From positions 25,373,649 through 25,437,648 of the forward strand of contig NC_092398.1 in the NCBI RefSeq assembly GCF_030028105.1: DNA of 64,000 nt, in the 5' to 3' direction. The position numbers were made by a program, and so were the translations under genes. Source of the DNA: Mobula birostris. Lineage: Eukaryota. The notes below the pieces were generated by a model, which saw only the letters and a list, made by a program, of their open reading frames with translations, did not search any database and was not told the origin of the DNA. Positions within the stretch are counted from its first letter, which is position 1. Each line of letters starts with the position of its first letter. Shown here one piece after another: positions 11,536 to 25,545 of this stretch.

Positions 11536-11817
11536 TGAAGCCGACGATCACAATAACCTCAAGACACCTGAAGAACAGAGAGAATACCTTGGCCCTGACA
11601 TGCCAAGTGCATGGATTTTATCCCAAGGATATCCATGTAATGTGGCTGCGGAATGGTGAAGCGATCGATCGGGAAGTGCTAAATACAAGCATTTTACCCA
11701 ACCGGGATGGGACATACCAAGTCCAGCTACAGGTTGACATTGACCCCGGGAAGGGTGACACTTACGTTTGTGAAATTGAGCATTTAAGCATCCCTAGCAA
11801 GCTACATGCAGTTTGGG
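11536..11817 (+). CDS. WB: WB exon 3, Ig C1-set beta2 domain (class I alpha3-like)
   Basis: Acceptor tctgtccactgcAG, donor G|GTAAGG, 282 nt, phase 1-1. Contains LTCQVHGFYP, WLRNG, LPNRDGTYQ and YVCEIEH, with both canonical Cys and the Trp. Confidence 0.93.
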
Positions 11818-13817
11818 GTAAGGCTCAGTGTCTGAGTAATTTGGGGTCCCGTGTACTGGTGATGATCTGGTTCACACTCTGTCCAACACTATATTATACA
11901 CTCAGTGGCCACTTTATCAGGCACCTCCTCTACATAATAAAGTGACCATTGAGTGTAAGGTCGTGGTCTTATGCTGCTGTAGCTCATCCGCTTCAAGGTT
12001 GGAAATGTTTGCGTTCAGTGACGCTCTTCCGCACACCAACATTGTATCAGGCGGTTCTTTCAGTTACTGTCGTGTTCCTGTTAGCTGGAACCAGTCTGGC
12101 CATTCTCCTCTGAAATCTCACTAACAAGGCACTTTTGCCCACAACTGCCACTCAATAGATGTTTGTTTTTTCCTGCACACTATTCGCTGTAAACTCTAGA
12201 GACTCGTGCCTGATAATTCCAGAAGCTCAACAGTCTCTGAGATACTCAAATCACCCCGTCAGGCATCAACAATCATTCAAAGGTTCATTTATTATTAAAT
12301 TATGTACTCAGTATACAGCTCTGAGATTCGTCTTCTCCAGATAGCCACAGTACAAAGAAATGCACAGAAATCATTCAAAGATAAACATCAAAACCTACAC
12401 CACACAAAAAAAGCTGTCAAGAACAAGAACATCAAACCCCAAGTTCCTTTCACTCATACAAAGAACTAACAAAACACGCCACACAATAACGAGAAATAAC
12501 TGACGAAAACACAGAATATAAACATCATAAGACTGAACAACTCCAGAGTCCAGTCCATAAATGCAGAGCCCCAGTATTATCCTCTGACCAATGTCGAGAG
12601 ATAGAGATAGAGATAGAGAGACCACTGAAACACAGAGGCCTACCCTCCGGCAACAGTGAGTGAAAGGTACTTCACAACTCATCTGACAACAGAGAGATCC
12701 GTCCCTGCGATCAAACAGCAGTCAGTTTTAAACCCTCACTCACTTTCTGTACTCGCCTTGATTTCAATCTTCCTCGATGCTTTAATCGGCGAAATGGAGT
12801 CTATCACTGGCTGGCGCACCACCTCTAAACTGTTTCACTTTAAGGCCGTTCGAGCTTGCACTCACTTCCTGAAATCTTCTTTCAAACAGCAAAGCACTAG
12901 GTCACTCAGTTGATCTTCAAACTGTAAATCACAGATGCGTAACAGTTCCAGAAACACGTTTAAGATGAAAAGCAGACGTAAAAGAAGTGAAATACCAGTT
13001 CCATGAATTATCTGATAGATGTCGACTGACTAGACATTGTACGCAGGTGCCATTTTGACCAGATTCCATGATCAAAGTCACTGAGATCACACTTCTTCCT
13101 CATTCTGATGTTTGGTTTCAACAACAACTGGACCTCTTGGCCATGTCTGCATGCTTTTTTGCATCGAGCTGCTGCCACATGATTGGGTGATTTGGTTCAC
13201 ATCTTCAACCCATTCGGGTTATGAATGTTTCTCAGGAACAGAATCCTGCTGTAACCCTGGTGAGGACCAGTACCTCCCCTTTCTACATCAGTCATGGAGT
13301 AATACAGATATGGGCCCTTCAGCCCAACTGGTCTATGCTGATCACCATAAGATCATAAATTATAGGAGCAGAATTTGTCCATTTGGCCTATTGGGTCTGC
13401 TCTGGCATTTGATCATGACTGATTTATTATCCTCTCAACCCGATATTACTGCCTTCTCCCCGTAAACTTTGACACCCTTAAAAATGAAGAGCCTAAAGAT
13501 AAACTTCATCTTTAAATATAGCCAATGACTTGGCCTCCAGAGCAATATGTGGCAATGAATTCCAGGGATTTAGCTAAGGAAATTCTCTCTCATCTCCGTT
13601 CTATTCTGAGGCTGTGTCCTCTGGTCCAAGACTCCCCCAGTATTTGGAACATCCTCTCCATGCCCAAACTATTTTGGCCTTTCAATATTTGATAGGATTG
13701 AATGAGATCACCCCACAATATTCTTCTAAACTCTCTGCTGTAATATCTTCTGACCAACTGAGACCAACTGCTCTCTGCTGTAATATTTTCTGACCCCAGC
13801 TTTACTGATTTTCCTAG

Positions 13818-13919
13818 TTCCCAAGAATACCAATCCAGTCTATGGATATGTGATTGGAGTAATCGCTGGAATAATTGGCATTCTGATTGCAGTGTCCGGA
13901 GGAATCGTCAAGTGGAAAG
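13818..13919 (+). CDS. WB: WB exon 4, connecting peptide/TM (VPKNTNPVYGYVIGVIAGIIGILIAVSGGIVKWK)
   Basis: Acceptor tgattttcctAG, donor G|GTAGGA, 102 nt, phase 1-1. Gly-patterned TM like class II beta, followed by a basic stop-transfer segment KWK. Confidence 0.88.
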
Positions 13920-15280
13920 GTAGGAATATTTTTCCACGTACTCATCGGTCCGGGAAACTCCTTTCCTTCATGCATTTCATAAAAGGAGCTGCAGATATCC
14001 AATGGGCCAAATACCCAATCTGGTCATCCGAGACCCAGTGATTCAGCAAGGGTTATCACACCAAACTCTGCACTAAGTGTGGCATAATACAAGGGCAGGT
14101 CAGAAAACAAGAAGTAATTCAAACAGGAAACAGACCACTGGTTCATACTGACCATCAAATATCCAATTACATTTATCCAATTTTGTTCTTCCAACATTCC
14201 CATTAGCTCCAATTAACCACCCCCTGTCCCACACCTACACACTAGAGACATTCAATCAGCTCCCCACACTCACCTAATCTGACGGCAGAGGAGATTGGAC
14301 CTTGGGAGAAAGGGAAGGTGGAGGGACACCATAGGGAGGCGCTGGGCAGGTGAGGAGAAGTGAAGGGGTAATGGGTAGCCAGAGTGGGGAATGGATAAAT
14401 ATAGGATGGGAAGGGGAGAGATATTACCAGAAGTTAGAGAAATCGATATTCATGCCATCAGGTTGGATGCTACTCACTATCCCAGTGTCATGTATTCCTT
14501 TCCCTCACCCCACTTTATTCTTACTTCTGTCTCCTTCCACTCCAGTCCTGACGAAGGTTCTTGACCTGAAACATTAACTGTTTGTTCCCCTCCATTGTTG
14601 CTGCCTCACCTGCTGAGTTCCTCCAGCATTTTGTGTTTGTTGCTCTGGATTTTCCAGCATCTGCAGAACCCCTTGTGTTTATCAAATGTTCGATGGTGCG
14701 GGTTCCTGGTGAGAGAGGAAAGGTTAATGGATATTTGTGAGGATAACTGCTCTACACAGAGAGCGGTCGGCACCAGGGGGACCAGGGGAGGTGGTGAAAC
14801 GAGATACAATAGCAATGTTTAAGACACTTTGGCAGACAAGTGAACAGGCAAGATGTGGAGCCATTTTACCCTCAGTGGCCACCTTATTATTTTCCTCATA
14901 CATCCTAATAAAGTGGCCACTGTGTGTATGTTCATAGTCTTCTGCTGCTGCAGCCCACCAGTTTCAAAGTTCGACATGTTGTGCATTCAGAGATGCTCTT
15001 TTGCGTACCACTATTTGAGTTACTGTTGGCTTAAACCAGTCTGGCCATTCTCCTCTGACCTCTCTCATTAACAAGGCATTTTCACCCACAGAACTGCTAC
15101 TCCACTGGATTTTTTTTTTTGTTGTTTTCACCCCATTCTCTATAAACTCTAGAGTCTGTTGTATGTGAAAATCCCAGCAGATCAGCAGTTTCTGAGATCC
15201 TCAAACTACCCCATCTGTCATACCAACAATCATTCCACAGTCAAACTCACTTAGATCACATTTTTCCCCATTCTGATGTT

Positions 15281-17722
15281 TACATAGAACAGCACAGTAC
15301 AGGCCCTCTCACCCACAATGTTGTGCTGACCCCCAAACACTGCCTCCCATATAACCCCCCCACCTTAAATTCCTCCATATACCTGACTAGTAGTCTCTTA
15401 AATTTCACTAGTGTATCTGCCTCCACCACTGACTCAGGCAGTGCATTCCATGCACCAACCACTCTCTGAGTAAAAAAACTCCCTTTAATATCCCCCTTGA
15501 ACTTCCTACCCCTTACCTTAAAGCCATGTCCTCTTGTATTGAGCAGTTGTCCTGGGGGAGAGGTGCTGGCTATCCACTCTATCTATTCCTCTTATTATCT
15601 TGTACACCTCTATCATGTCTCCTCTCATCCTCCTTCTCTCCAAAGAGTAAAGCCCTAGCTCCCTTAATTTCTGATCATAATCCATACTCTCTAAACCAGG
15701 CAGCATCCTGGTAAATCTCCTCTGTACCCTTTCCTATGCTTCCACATCCTTCCTATAGTGAGACAACCAGAACTGGACCCAGTACTCCAAGTGTGGCCTA
15801 ACCAGAGTTTTATAGAGCTGCATCGTTACCTCACGACTCTTAAACTCTATCCCTCGACTTATGAAAGCTAACACCCCATAAGCTTTCTTAACTACCCTAT
15901 CTACCTGTGAGGCATGTACCCCCAGATCACTCTGCTCCTCCACACTACCAAGTATCCTGCCATTTACTTTGTACTCTGCCTTGGAGTTTGTCCTTCCAAA
16001 GTGTACCACTTCACACTTCTCCGGGCTGAACTCCATCTGCCACTTCTCAGCCCACTTCTGCATCCTACCAATGTCTCTCTGTAATCTTCGACAATCCTCT
16101 ACACTATCTACAACACCACCAACCTTTGTGTCATCTGCAAACTTGCCAACCCACCTTTCTACCCCCACATCCAGGTCGTTAATAAAAATCACGAAAAGTA
16201 GAGGTCCCGGAACAGATCCTTGTGGGACACCACTAGTCACAACCTTCCAATCTGAATATACTCCCTCCACCACGACCCTCTGCCTTCTGCAGGCAAGCCA
16301 ATTCTGAATCCACCTGGTCAAACTTCCCTGGATCCCATGCCTTCTAACTTTCTGAATAAGCCTATCATGTGGAACCTTGTCAAATGCCTTACTAAAATCC
16401 ATATAGATCACATCCACTGCACTACCCTCATCTATATGCCTGGTCACCTCCTCAAAGAACTCTATCAGGCTTGTTAGACACGATCTGCCCTTCACAAAGC
16501 CATGCTGACTGTCCCTGATCAGACCATGATTCTCTAAATGCCCATAGATCCTATCGCTAAGAATCTTTTCCAACAGCTTTCCCACCACAGACATAAGGCT
16601 CACTGGTCTATAATTAACCGGACTATCCCTACTAACTTTTTTGAACAAGGGGACAACATTCTGCTCCCTCCAATCCTCCGGTACCATTCCCATGGACATG
16701 GAGGACATAAAGATCCTATCCAGAGGCTCAGCAATCTCTTTCCTCACCTCATGGAGCAGCCTGGGGTATATTCTGTCAGGCCCCGGGGACTTATCCGTCC
16801 TAATGTATTTTAACAACTCCTCTCCCTTAATATCAACATGCTCCAGAACAGCAACCTCACTCATATTGTCCTTTCCATCATCAAGTTTCCTCTCATTGGT
16901 GAATACCAAAGAGAAGTGTTCATTGAGGACCTCGCTCACTTCCACAGCCTCCAGGCACATCTTCCCACCTTTATCTCTAATCGGTCCTACCTTCACTCCT
17001 GTCATCCTTTTCTTCTTCACATAATTGAAGAATGCCTTGGGATTTTCCTTTACCCTACTCGCCAAGGCCTTCTCATGCCCCCTTCTTGCTCTTCTCAGCC
17101 CCTTCTTAAGCTCCTTTCTTGCTACCTTATATTCCTCAATAAACCCATCTGATCCTTGCTTCCTAAACCTCATGTATGCTGCCTTCTTCCACTTGACTAG
17201 ATTTTCCACCTCACTTGTCACCCATGGTTCCTTTACCCTACCATTCTTTATCTTCCTCACCGGGACAACTTTATCCCTAACATCCTGCAAGAGATCCCTA
17301 AACATCAACCACATGTCTATAGTACATTTCCCTGCAAAAACATCATCCCAATTCACACCCGCAAGTTCTAGCCTTATAGCCTCATAATTTGCTCTTCCCC
17401 AATTAAAAATTTTCCTGTCCTCTCTGATTTTATCCTTTTCCATGATAACGCTCAAGGCCAGGGAGCGGTGGACACTGACCCCCAGATGCTCACCCACTGA
17501 GAGATCTGTGACCTGACCCGGTTCGTTATTTAATACTAGATCTAGTATGGCATTCCCCCTAGTCGACCTGCCAACATACTGTGACAGGAATCCCTCCTGG
17601 ACACACTTAACAAACTCTGTCCCGGCTAAACCCTTGGAACTAATCAGGTGCCAATCAATATTAAGGAAGTTAAAGTCACCCATGATAACAACCCTGTTAT
17701 TTTTGCACCTTTCCAAAATCTG
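15281..17722 (-). mobile_element. 5'-truncated CR1 LINE inserted in a Tc1 element
   Basis: 672-aa ORF with EN (GDFNF) and RT (DFSKAFD, GVPQGS, KFADD) motifs; Tc1 sequence resumes on both sides. Confidence 0.95.
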
Positions 17723-17931
17723 CACAACTAAACCTTTTAACAATGTCTGCATGCATGGAGCTGCCGTATGATTGGCTGATTAGATGTTTCTATTAACGAG
17801 CAGGTGTATCTAATAAAGTGGACATTGAGTGAATAGCAGTGATATTAAACCTGATTCTGATCTGCACTAACCTGTAGCTAATTAAACTCCCAATGTAACT
17901 TCCGATCTTTCAACCGTCAGTATAATTTCAG

Positions 17932-18008
17932 GTTTGCAATGGTTCTTGGAACCCTTATGTGACTTGGAAGTGTCTGAAAGAATTGTACCCCTGGTCAGAG
18001 GCAAATGA
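17932..18008 (+). CDS. WB: Probable WB exon 5, cytoplasmic tail (GLQWFLEPLCDLEVSERIVPLVRGK*)
   Basis: Acceptor tataatttcAG gives an open phase-1 frame to TGA. A paralogous copy at 10931-11016 keeps the same frame and stop. Other acceptors further downstream are possible. Confidence 0.45.
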
Positions 18009-18448
18009 CCAGGGGACAGTTTCTAAACTCAAAAGTTTCTGCAGGTGCTGGAAATCCAGAGCAACGCACACAGGCACATACACACAATGCTGCAAGAATT
18101 CAGTCGGTCAGGCAGCATCTATGGAGGGGAATAAACAGTTGACATTTCGGGCCAAGACCAGTCATCAGGTCTGAAGAGATATTTTGTATGGTCAGCACCA
18201 CTCAAGTCCCAAGGGTGCTGGATTAAAGAGTTTTAACTTTCAGAGATAGGCCGTGGTCAAAGTTACTTAGATCGCATTTCTTCCCCAGTTTGATGTTTGG
18301 TCTGAACAACAACTGAACCTCTTGACCATGTCTGCACACTTTTATGCATTGAGTTGATAAATGATTGGCTAATTATATATTTGCACTAACAAGCAGGTGT
18401 ACAGGTGTATCTAATAATTGAGTGTCGACCATTTACAGGGAGTTAGTG

Positions 18449-19333
18449 TGTTACATACCTCAAGGAGATCTGTGATTTTTTTTTGTGAGAATGATGTAAT
18501 GGTCTTTTGGAGGTCACCTGATGTAATTTTCCTGCCGATGTGAGGTCACGTGATGATGTCTGCACCACGGGTAAATAAGGGAAGACCTCCAATGACGCAG
18601 TTAGGTTTTTGGTTTTTAGTTTTCCAGCTAGAACGTACTGTGTCTCCGTTTCTATTGCGTATTTGTTTTTATGGCGCAGTTTCATTTTTGAAACAGTTGT
18701 TGTGTTCTGTTGTAAGGTACAATAGTGCTGGACTGGAATTTTTGTTAGATGTGTTGATGTACCTTATTTCAGCAGTAGCACGGGAGAGTGAAGACCTTAT
18801 CGAAGTACAGGACCGGAGGATCGAGTGGAGTCAGCATCGTTCGGCAGTTCAACAAAGGATCGACCTTATTGAGACTTCGTTGAAGGAGTAGTGACCTGCA
18901 TCGAAGTTAACTCTCACCAAAAGAGAAAAGAGTTTATGCAAAGGTTTGCTCTCTCTCAAAGAAATTAAGGTCAATTGTTTTAAACTGTTTATATCCTGAA
19001 TCGTGAATCCTTTGGACAGAATCAGCAGGAAAGTCGCGTCTATGAAGAAATCCTTCTCCAGAGAAGTCTCTCCCAATTGAACTTATAAATCTGTTGGACT
19101 TTTGAATTTACCATTTTAAGAACTATATCTGACTTTACTGCTTTAAGAATTGTTTTCGCATTTAACGCTTTAAGAACCAGTGCCGAGTGATGATTTGTTG
19201 AACGGCTGCATAGCAGTTAACCTCCGGTTAAGGTTTTTGTTTTTTTTTAATCATTTATCCGTGTTTAATAAATGTTTGGTTGTTTTTATATAACCTGTCT
19301 CGATTGATATTCATTGTTGCCAGTTATATAACA
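18449..19333 (+). mobile_element. Solo LTR (Gypsy-like)
   Basis: TGTTA...TAACA termini, AATAAA near the 3' end, 4-bp flanks AGTG/AATG (3/4 match). Confidence 0.6.
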
Positions 19334-20176
19334 AATGTAATTTGGTATCGTGGTCAGTACAAATGTTGTAAACTAAACGGCCTTTTCCTATCAACACACA
19401 TAAAAGTTGCTGGTGAACGCAGCAGTCCAGGCAGCATCTCTAGGAAGAGGTGCTGCCTGGCCTGCTGCGTTCACCAGCAACTTTTATGTGTGTTGCTTGA
19501 ATTTCCAGCATCTGCAGAATTCCTGTTGTTGGCCTTTTCCTATGTTTGGCCCCTCTTTGTTTCTAAAACATACCTTTATTCATTCAAATTATAGGCAGGA
19601 AATACGATATAATTGATAGATGTCTCTTTCTAGATTGATTGTGTCATCAAATCAGCATCTTGATTGTGTCTTCCATGCTGTGCATACTATTTTCATGTGG
19701 CCTCTTCTAAGCAGTGTAACCACCAAAGTCAGAGTAAATTTGTAATTTTTATTACAAGTTGTTAAAATTAAAGTTTATTGAAGTTTAGTAAGGGCGTCAA
19801 AGATCATGGGGAGAAGGCAGGAGAATGGGGTTGAGATGGATAATAAATCAGCTGGAATGGAATGGCCAGCACAGACTCAATAGGCTGAATGGCCTAATCT
19901 TGCTTCTATGTCTTGTGATTAAATTCATTATCCAAGTACATATATGCCACCCCATACTGCCTTGAGCTTCATCTTCTTGCGGGCATTTACAGGAAAATAA
20001 ATACGATCAAATTTATGAAGAACTATACATAATCAAAAACTGACCAACATACAATGTGCAAAAGAAGACAAATTGTGCAAATAAAATAAATAAATAATAC
20101 TGCGAACCAGTTGCAGAGTCCTTGAAAGTGAGTCTGTCAGTGTGGAATCAGTTCAATGAAGTCTCTAAATAAAAGA

Positions 20177-20460
20177 GGGGCAGCACAGTCGTGCAGTGGT
20201 TAGCACAACACTTTAAGTAAAGGCATCCCGGGTTCAAATCCTGTCACTGCCTGTAAGGAATTTGTATGTTCTCCTGGTGAGTGTGTGGGCTTTGTCCCGG
20301 TGGTCTGGTTTCCTCAGTCCAAAGACATACCCTTTGGTAGGTTAATTAGTCATTGTTCATTGTAATTCCGTGATTAGGCTAGGATTAAATCGGGGGATTG
20401 CCGGGCAGTGTGTCTCAAAGGGCCAGAAGGATCTACTCCATGCTGTATTGCAATTTTAAA
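20177..20460 (+). mobile_element. tRNA-derived V-SINE-like element
   Basis: A/B-box head (GCAGTGGTTAGCAC...GGTTCAAATCC) plus a core resembling TTTGTATGTTCTCC...GGTTTCCTC...CCAAAGAC...GGTTAATT. Related copies at about 36134-36345 (+), 40425-40700 (-), 40765-41160 (+) and 41530-41740 (-). Confidence 0.65.
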
Positions 20461-22279
20461 AAAGTTGTCCACAATTGATTCAGCAGCCTGATAGTTGAGG
20501 GATAATGACTGTTCCTGATGGTTGTGTGGGATCTGAAGCTCCTGTACCTCCTGCCCAATAGTAGTAATGAGACGAGAGCCTGGGCTGGTTGGTTGGGGTG
20601 CATGATGATGGATGCTGCTTTCCTGTGTTTTCATCAACTGATCTAAGATAGGAAATTCCCTACACAACTCTTAATGGATCAAAGATCGCACTTTATTATC
20701 TCTGCACAAACAACAACGTAACTATGTTGACTTAAAATATGAATTCTACTGTTCCCTCAATACTCACTCAGACCACTTTTCCCATTTATAACACCTATAT
20801 AGAGGATCTCCTGTTGACCTGACTTCTGATCCTTTCTTTTCCCAGCTCACAGCATGGAGATTCCTCATTGTGATGGTTAGTCTCTAGAGATCTCGCCATT
20901 TTGCATTTGAAGCTCCTAACTCTTATAGTCTTCCTCAACAATTCAAACAATGCACTTCCATCTTGTTTGCTCAATGTCTTCAAACTGACCTGTAAAAGAT
21001 TCCCATAGGATGTAGTACAAGGGCTACACAACTTCATGCCTTAGATGACTTCTTTTGTTCTCTTCGACACTGGTTCAAACCAGGTCGCCCAGACACTAGG
21101 CAGAGATAACGAGACTACTTCTGCAAGCATGCCATTGTACACAACACACAATCTATTTTCTGCGTTCAGTTGCTCTAATTAAGTTATCTCACAGCAAGAA
21201 TCAGTTCATCAAACAGTTCACAAAATGGTGGCTACAGAGGAGCTTCACAAAATGGCAGCTTCCATTCCTTCAAGCCCATGGCAAGAATAGACAATTGGTT
21301 ATCAATCCAATTTTGGGGGGAAGAACTGCAAGCGGACTGCTGATAGGTGAGACAAGGTGACGGGGAAGGTGGCTGAGTGGGGGGCATGGGGAATGAAGTG
21401 AGAAGATGGAAAGAAAGAGGTAAAGGGCTGAAGAAGAAGGAAAGTGATAAGAAAGGAGAGGAGAAAGGGAAGGAGGAGGGGGTGTCAGAGGGAGATGATG
21501 GGCAGGGGTGGAGAAGGGAATAGGTAAGAGGGGAACCAGAACGGGAAATGGAGAAAGAAGGGGGATAGGGAAAAATTACCAGAAGTCGGAATTAATACTC
21601 CTGATCCCCATCCAATAAATCCAGATCTGCTAACAATTGGGTGATGATAGAGTTAGGATTCATTGTTGTGAAATTCCCTGTTGATATCAGAGTCAGGACC
21701 GGTGGATGAAATACTAGCACGGGGTACAGTTGTCCATGGATTGGTCTCCTTCTGAAGGGAACATTTTCAAAATAGAACACAGAACATATAACACTGTAGC
21801 ACAGTACAGGCCCATGTTGTAGTTTTCTCTTATAACCTACTCTAAAATCAGTCTAACCCTTCCCTGCTACACAGCCCTACATTTTCCTTTCATCTGTGTG
21901 CCTCAGTCTTTTCAATATCCCGAATGTTTCTGCTTCGACCACCACGCCTGGCAGGGAATTCCTCACATTCACCACTTCCTGTGTTTTAAAATATAAACTT
22001 ACCCCTGAGACCCCCCTTATACTTTCCTCCAATCACCTAAAATTATGTCCCTTCATACTTGTCATTTCTGCCCTGGGAAAGTCTCTGGCTATCCGCTCAA
22101 CCATTGCCTCTTATACACCTTTCTCATCCTTCTCATCTTCCTTCGCTGTGAAGAGAAAAGCCCTAACTCACTCAACATATTCTCATAAGACATGCTCTCC
22201 AATCTATGCAGCATTCTGATAAATTTCCCCTGCACTCTCTCTAAACTTTCTACATTCCTCTTGAAGGGGAAGGTGAGCA

Positions 22280-25200
22280 GCCGGAGGTCATGGTACATGT
22301 TGGTACTAATGACCTAGGTAGGAGAGGGTGGAGGTCCTGCACGGTAAGTTTAGGGAGTTAGGAAGGCGGCTGAAGAGCAGGACCTCCAAGGTGGTAATCT
22401 CTGGATTACTCCCAGTGCCATGAGCTAGGAAAGGTCAGAATAGGAAGATATGACAGAGCGGCGTTGGAGATGGTGCAAGGACAGGGTTTCAAGTTCTTGG
22501 ATCATTGGAACATTTTCTGGAGAGCAGTGACCTGTACATGGGACAGGTTGCACCTGAACTAGAGGGGAACCAATATCCTGGGAGGGAGGTTTGCTAATGC
22601 TCTTGGGGAGGGTTTATACTAGTTTTGCAGGAGGGTAGGAACCAAAGTGAAGAGGCAGAGGATGGAGTGGTTGGCACACAAGTAGACACAGCATTTAGTT
22701 TGTGACGAAGGATAAGCGGATGATAGAGCAAAGATGGACTCAGCCAGATGGTTTGGGATGTGTCTATTTTACTGCAAGGAGTATCATAAACAAGGCGAAT
22801 GATCTTAGAGTGTGGAACTATGACGTTGTAGCCATTACAGATATTTGGCTGTCTCAGGGGCAGGAATGTCTGCTGAGAGTGCTGGACTTTAAACGTTTCA
22901 AAATGGACAGGGAGGGAGGCAAAAGAGGTGGGAAAGTGGCATTGCTAATCGGGGATAGTATCACGGCTGCAGAAAAAGGAGGATATCATGGAGGGATTGT
23001 CTACTGAGTCATTGTGGGTGGGAGTCAGAAACAGAAAGGGGGCAATAACCCTACTAAGTGTTTTATAGAGTGCCCCCCCATACTAACAGAGACATTGAGG
23101 AGCAGATGTGGAGGCAGATTCTGCAATGGTGTAATAATAGTAGGGTTGTTGTGATGGGTGATTTCAACTTTCCTAATATTGACTGGCATCTCCTTAGAGC
23201 AAGGAGTTCATATGGGGTGGAGTCTGTTAGGTGTGTTCAGGAAGGTTTCCTGTTGCAATATGTAGATATGCCAACTGGGGGAGAGGCTGTACTTGATCTG
23301 GTATCGGGAAATTAACTTGGTCAGGTATGTGATCTCTTGGTTGGAGAGCATTTTGGAGGAAGTGATCAAAACTCTATCTCCTTTACAATAGCGGTAGAGA
23401 GGGATAGGAGCAGACAATTTGGGAAAGTATTTAATTGGGGTAGGGGAAATATAATGCTATTAGGCAGGAACAGGGGAACATAAATTGGGAGCAGATGTTC
23501 TGAGGAAAATACATGGCAGAAATGTGCCAATTGTTCAGGGAACATGTAAATGGCGGTCTGTATAGGTATGTTCCATTGAGGCAGGAAAAGGATGGTAGGG
23601 TAAAAGCACCATGGTGTACAAAGGATGTGGAAAATCTAGTTAAGAAGAAAGGCTTATGAAAGATTCAAGAAACTAGGTTAGAGCTATAGAAAATTACAAG
23701 GTTGCTAGGAAGGAGCTCAAGAATGAAATTAGGAGAGCTGGAAGTGGCCATGAGAAGGCCTTAGTGAGCAGGATTAAGGAAAACTCTAAAGCGTTCTACA
23801 AGTATGTGAAGAGCATAAGGATGGACTGTGTGAGAATAGGACCAATCATGTATGCACGGAGCCGGAGGAGGTAGCTGAGCTACATAATGAATTCTGTGCT
23901 TCAGTATACACCAGTGAATAGGACCTTGGCAATTGTGGGGATGACTTACAGCGGAATGAAACGCTTGAGTGTATACACATTAAGAGAGCGGATGTGCTGC
24001 AGCTGTTGAAAGGTATTAAGTTAGATAAGCCGCCGGGACTGGACGATATATACCCCAGGCTACTGTGGGAAGTGATGGAGGAGATTGCTGAGGCTCTGCT
24101 GATGATCTTTGCATCATCAATAGGAATGGGAGAAGTACCAGAGGATTGGAAGGTTGCAGATGTTGTTTCCTTGTTCAAGGAAGAAAGTAGAGATAACCCA
24201 GGAAATTATAGACCACTGAGTATTACTTCAATGGAGGGCAAGCTGTTAGAGAAGATCCTGAGAGGAAGGATTTATGAGCATTTGGAGAGACATAATCTAA
24301 TTAGGGATAGTCAGCATGGCTTTGTCAAGGGCAGGTCGTGCCTTACGAGCCTGATTGAATTCGTTGAGGATGCAACAAAACACATTGATGGATGTAAAGC
24401 AGTGGATGTAGTGTATATGAATTTCAGTAAGGTATTTAATAAGGTTCCCCATGCAAGGCTCACTCAGAATGTAATGAGCCATGGGATCCAATGAGACCTT
24501 GCTTTGTGGACCCAGAACTAACTTGCCCACAGAAGGTAAAGTGTGGTTGTAGATGGTTCGTATTCTGCATGGAGGATGGTGAGGATGGGATCTATTCTGG
24601 GACCCTTCCTCTTTGTGGTTTTTATAAATGACCTAGATGAGGAAGTAGAAGAGTGGGTTAGTAAGTTTGTTGATGTCACAAAAGTTGGGGGTGTTGTGGA
24701 TAGTCTGGAGGGCTGTCAGAGGTTACAGCAGGACTTTGATAGCATGCAGAACTGGACTGAGAAGTGGCAGATGGAGTTCAACCCAGATAGGTGTGGTGGT
24801 TCATTTCAGTTGGTCAAATTTGAAGACAGAATATAATATTTATGGTGAGACTCTTGGCAGTGTGGAATATCAGCAAGATCTTGGGGTCCATGTCCATGGG
24901 ACACTCAAAGCTGCTGCGCAGGTTGACAGCAGAAGGTGTATGGTGTGATGGCCTTCACCAACCATGGGATTGAGTTCAAGAGCCGTGAGGTAATGTTAAA
25001 ACTATAGACCCACCTGGAGGACTGTGTTCAGTCCTGCCCACCTCACTACGGGAAGGATGTGGATACTATAGAAAGAGTGCAGAGGAGATTTACAAGAATG
25101 TTGCCTGGATTGGAGAGCAGACCTTATGAGAATACGTTGAGTGAACTTGGCCTTTTCTCTTTGGAGCAATGGAGGATGATAGGAGACCTGATAGAGGAGT

Positions 25201-25545
25201 ATAAGATGATGAGAGGTATTGATCATGTGGATAGCTGGGGCTTTTTCCCAGGGCTGTGGTGGCTAACACGAGAGGATTTAGTTTTAAGGTGCTTAGAATT
25301 AGGTACAAGGGGGATGTCAGAGCTAAGTTTCTCATGCAGAGAGCAGTGGGTGATTGGAATGCTCTGCCAGCGACGGTTGTCGATGCAGATACATATAGGG
25401 TCTTATAGGTACATGGTGCTCAGAAATATACCGGGCTATGCAGTAGGGAAATTCAAGGCAGTATCTAGAGTAGGTTACATGGTTGACACAACATTGTGGG
25501 CCGAAGGGCCTGTAATATGCTCTAGATTTCTATGTTCTATTCTCT
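22280..25545 (+). mobile_element. Degenerate CR1 LINE (ORF1 esterase remnant + ORF2)
   Basis: Fragment ORFs 22702-23007, 23058-23315, 23994-24494, 24543-24836 and 25059-25547 carry EN/RT motifs; many stops and frameshifts; TTCTATG tail. Confidence 0.9.

Larger units (their letters stand above)
8348..18008 (+). other. WB: MHC W-category beta chain gene (class II-type beta chain with class I-like interface motifs); join(8348-8465,9438-9668,11536-11817,13818-13919,17932-18008), 269 aa
   Basis: Five exons, all GT-AG and phase 1, splice into one open frame: leader, MHC beta1-like, Ig-C1, Gly-rich TM, tail. The W-category assignment rests on class I-type residues and the beta2m-like partner gene. 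The last exon is less certain. Confidence 0.8.

Noticed and set aside
20177-20260. tRNA gene
   Set aside because: A/B boxes only, no cloverleaf, and it continues into a SINE core; the same applies to the other copies.
20846-21109. Alternative WB tail exons at 20846-20880 (AHSMEIPHCDG*) and 21084-21109 (GRPDTRQR*)
   Set aside because: The acceptors are plausible, but there is no supporting evidence. Ranked below 17932-18008 and not excluded without RNA data.
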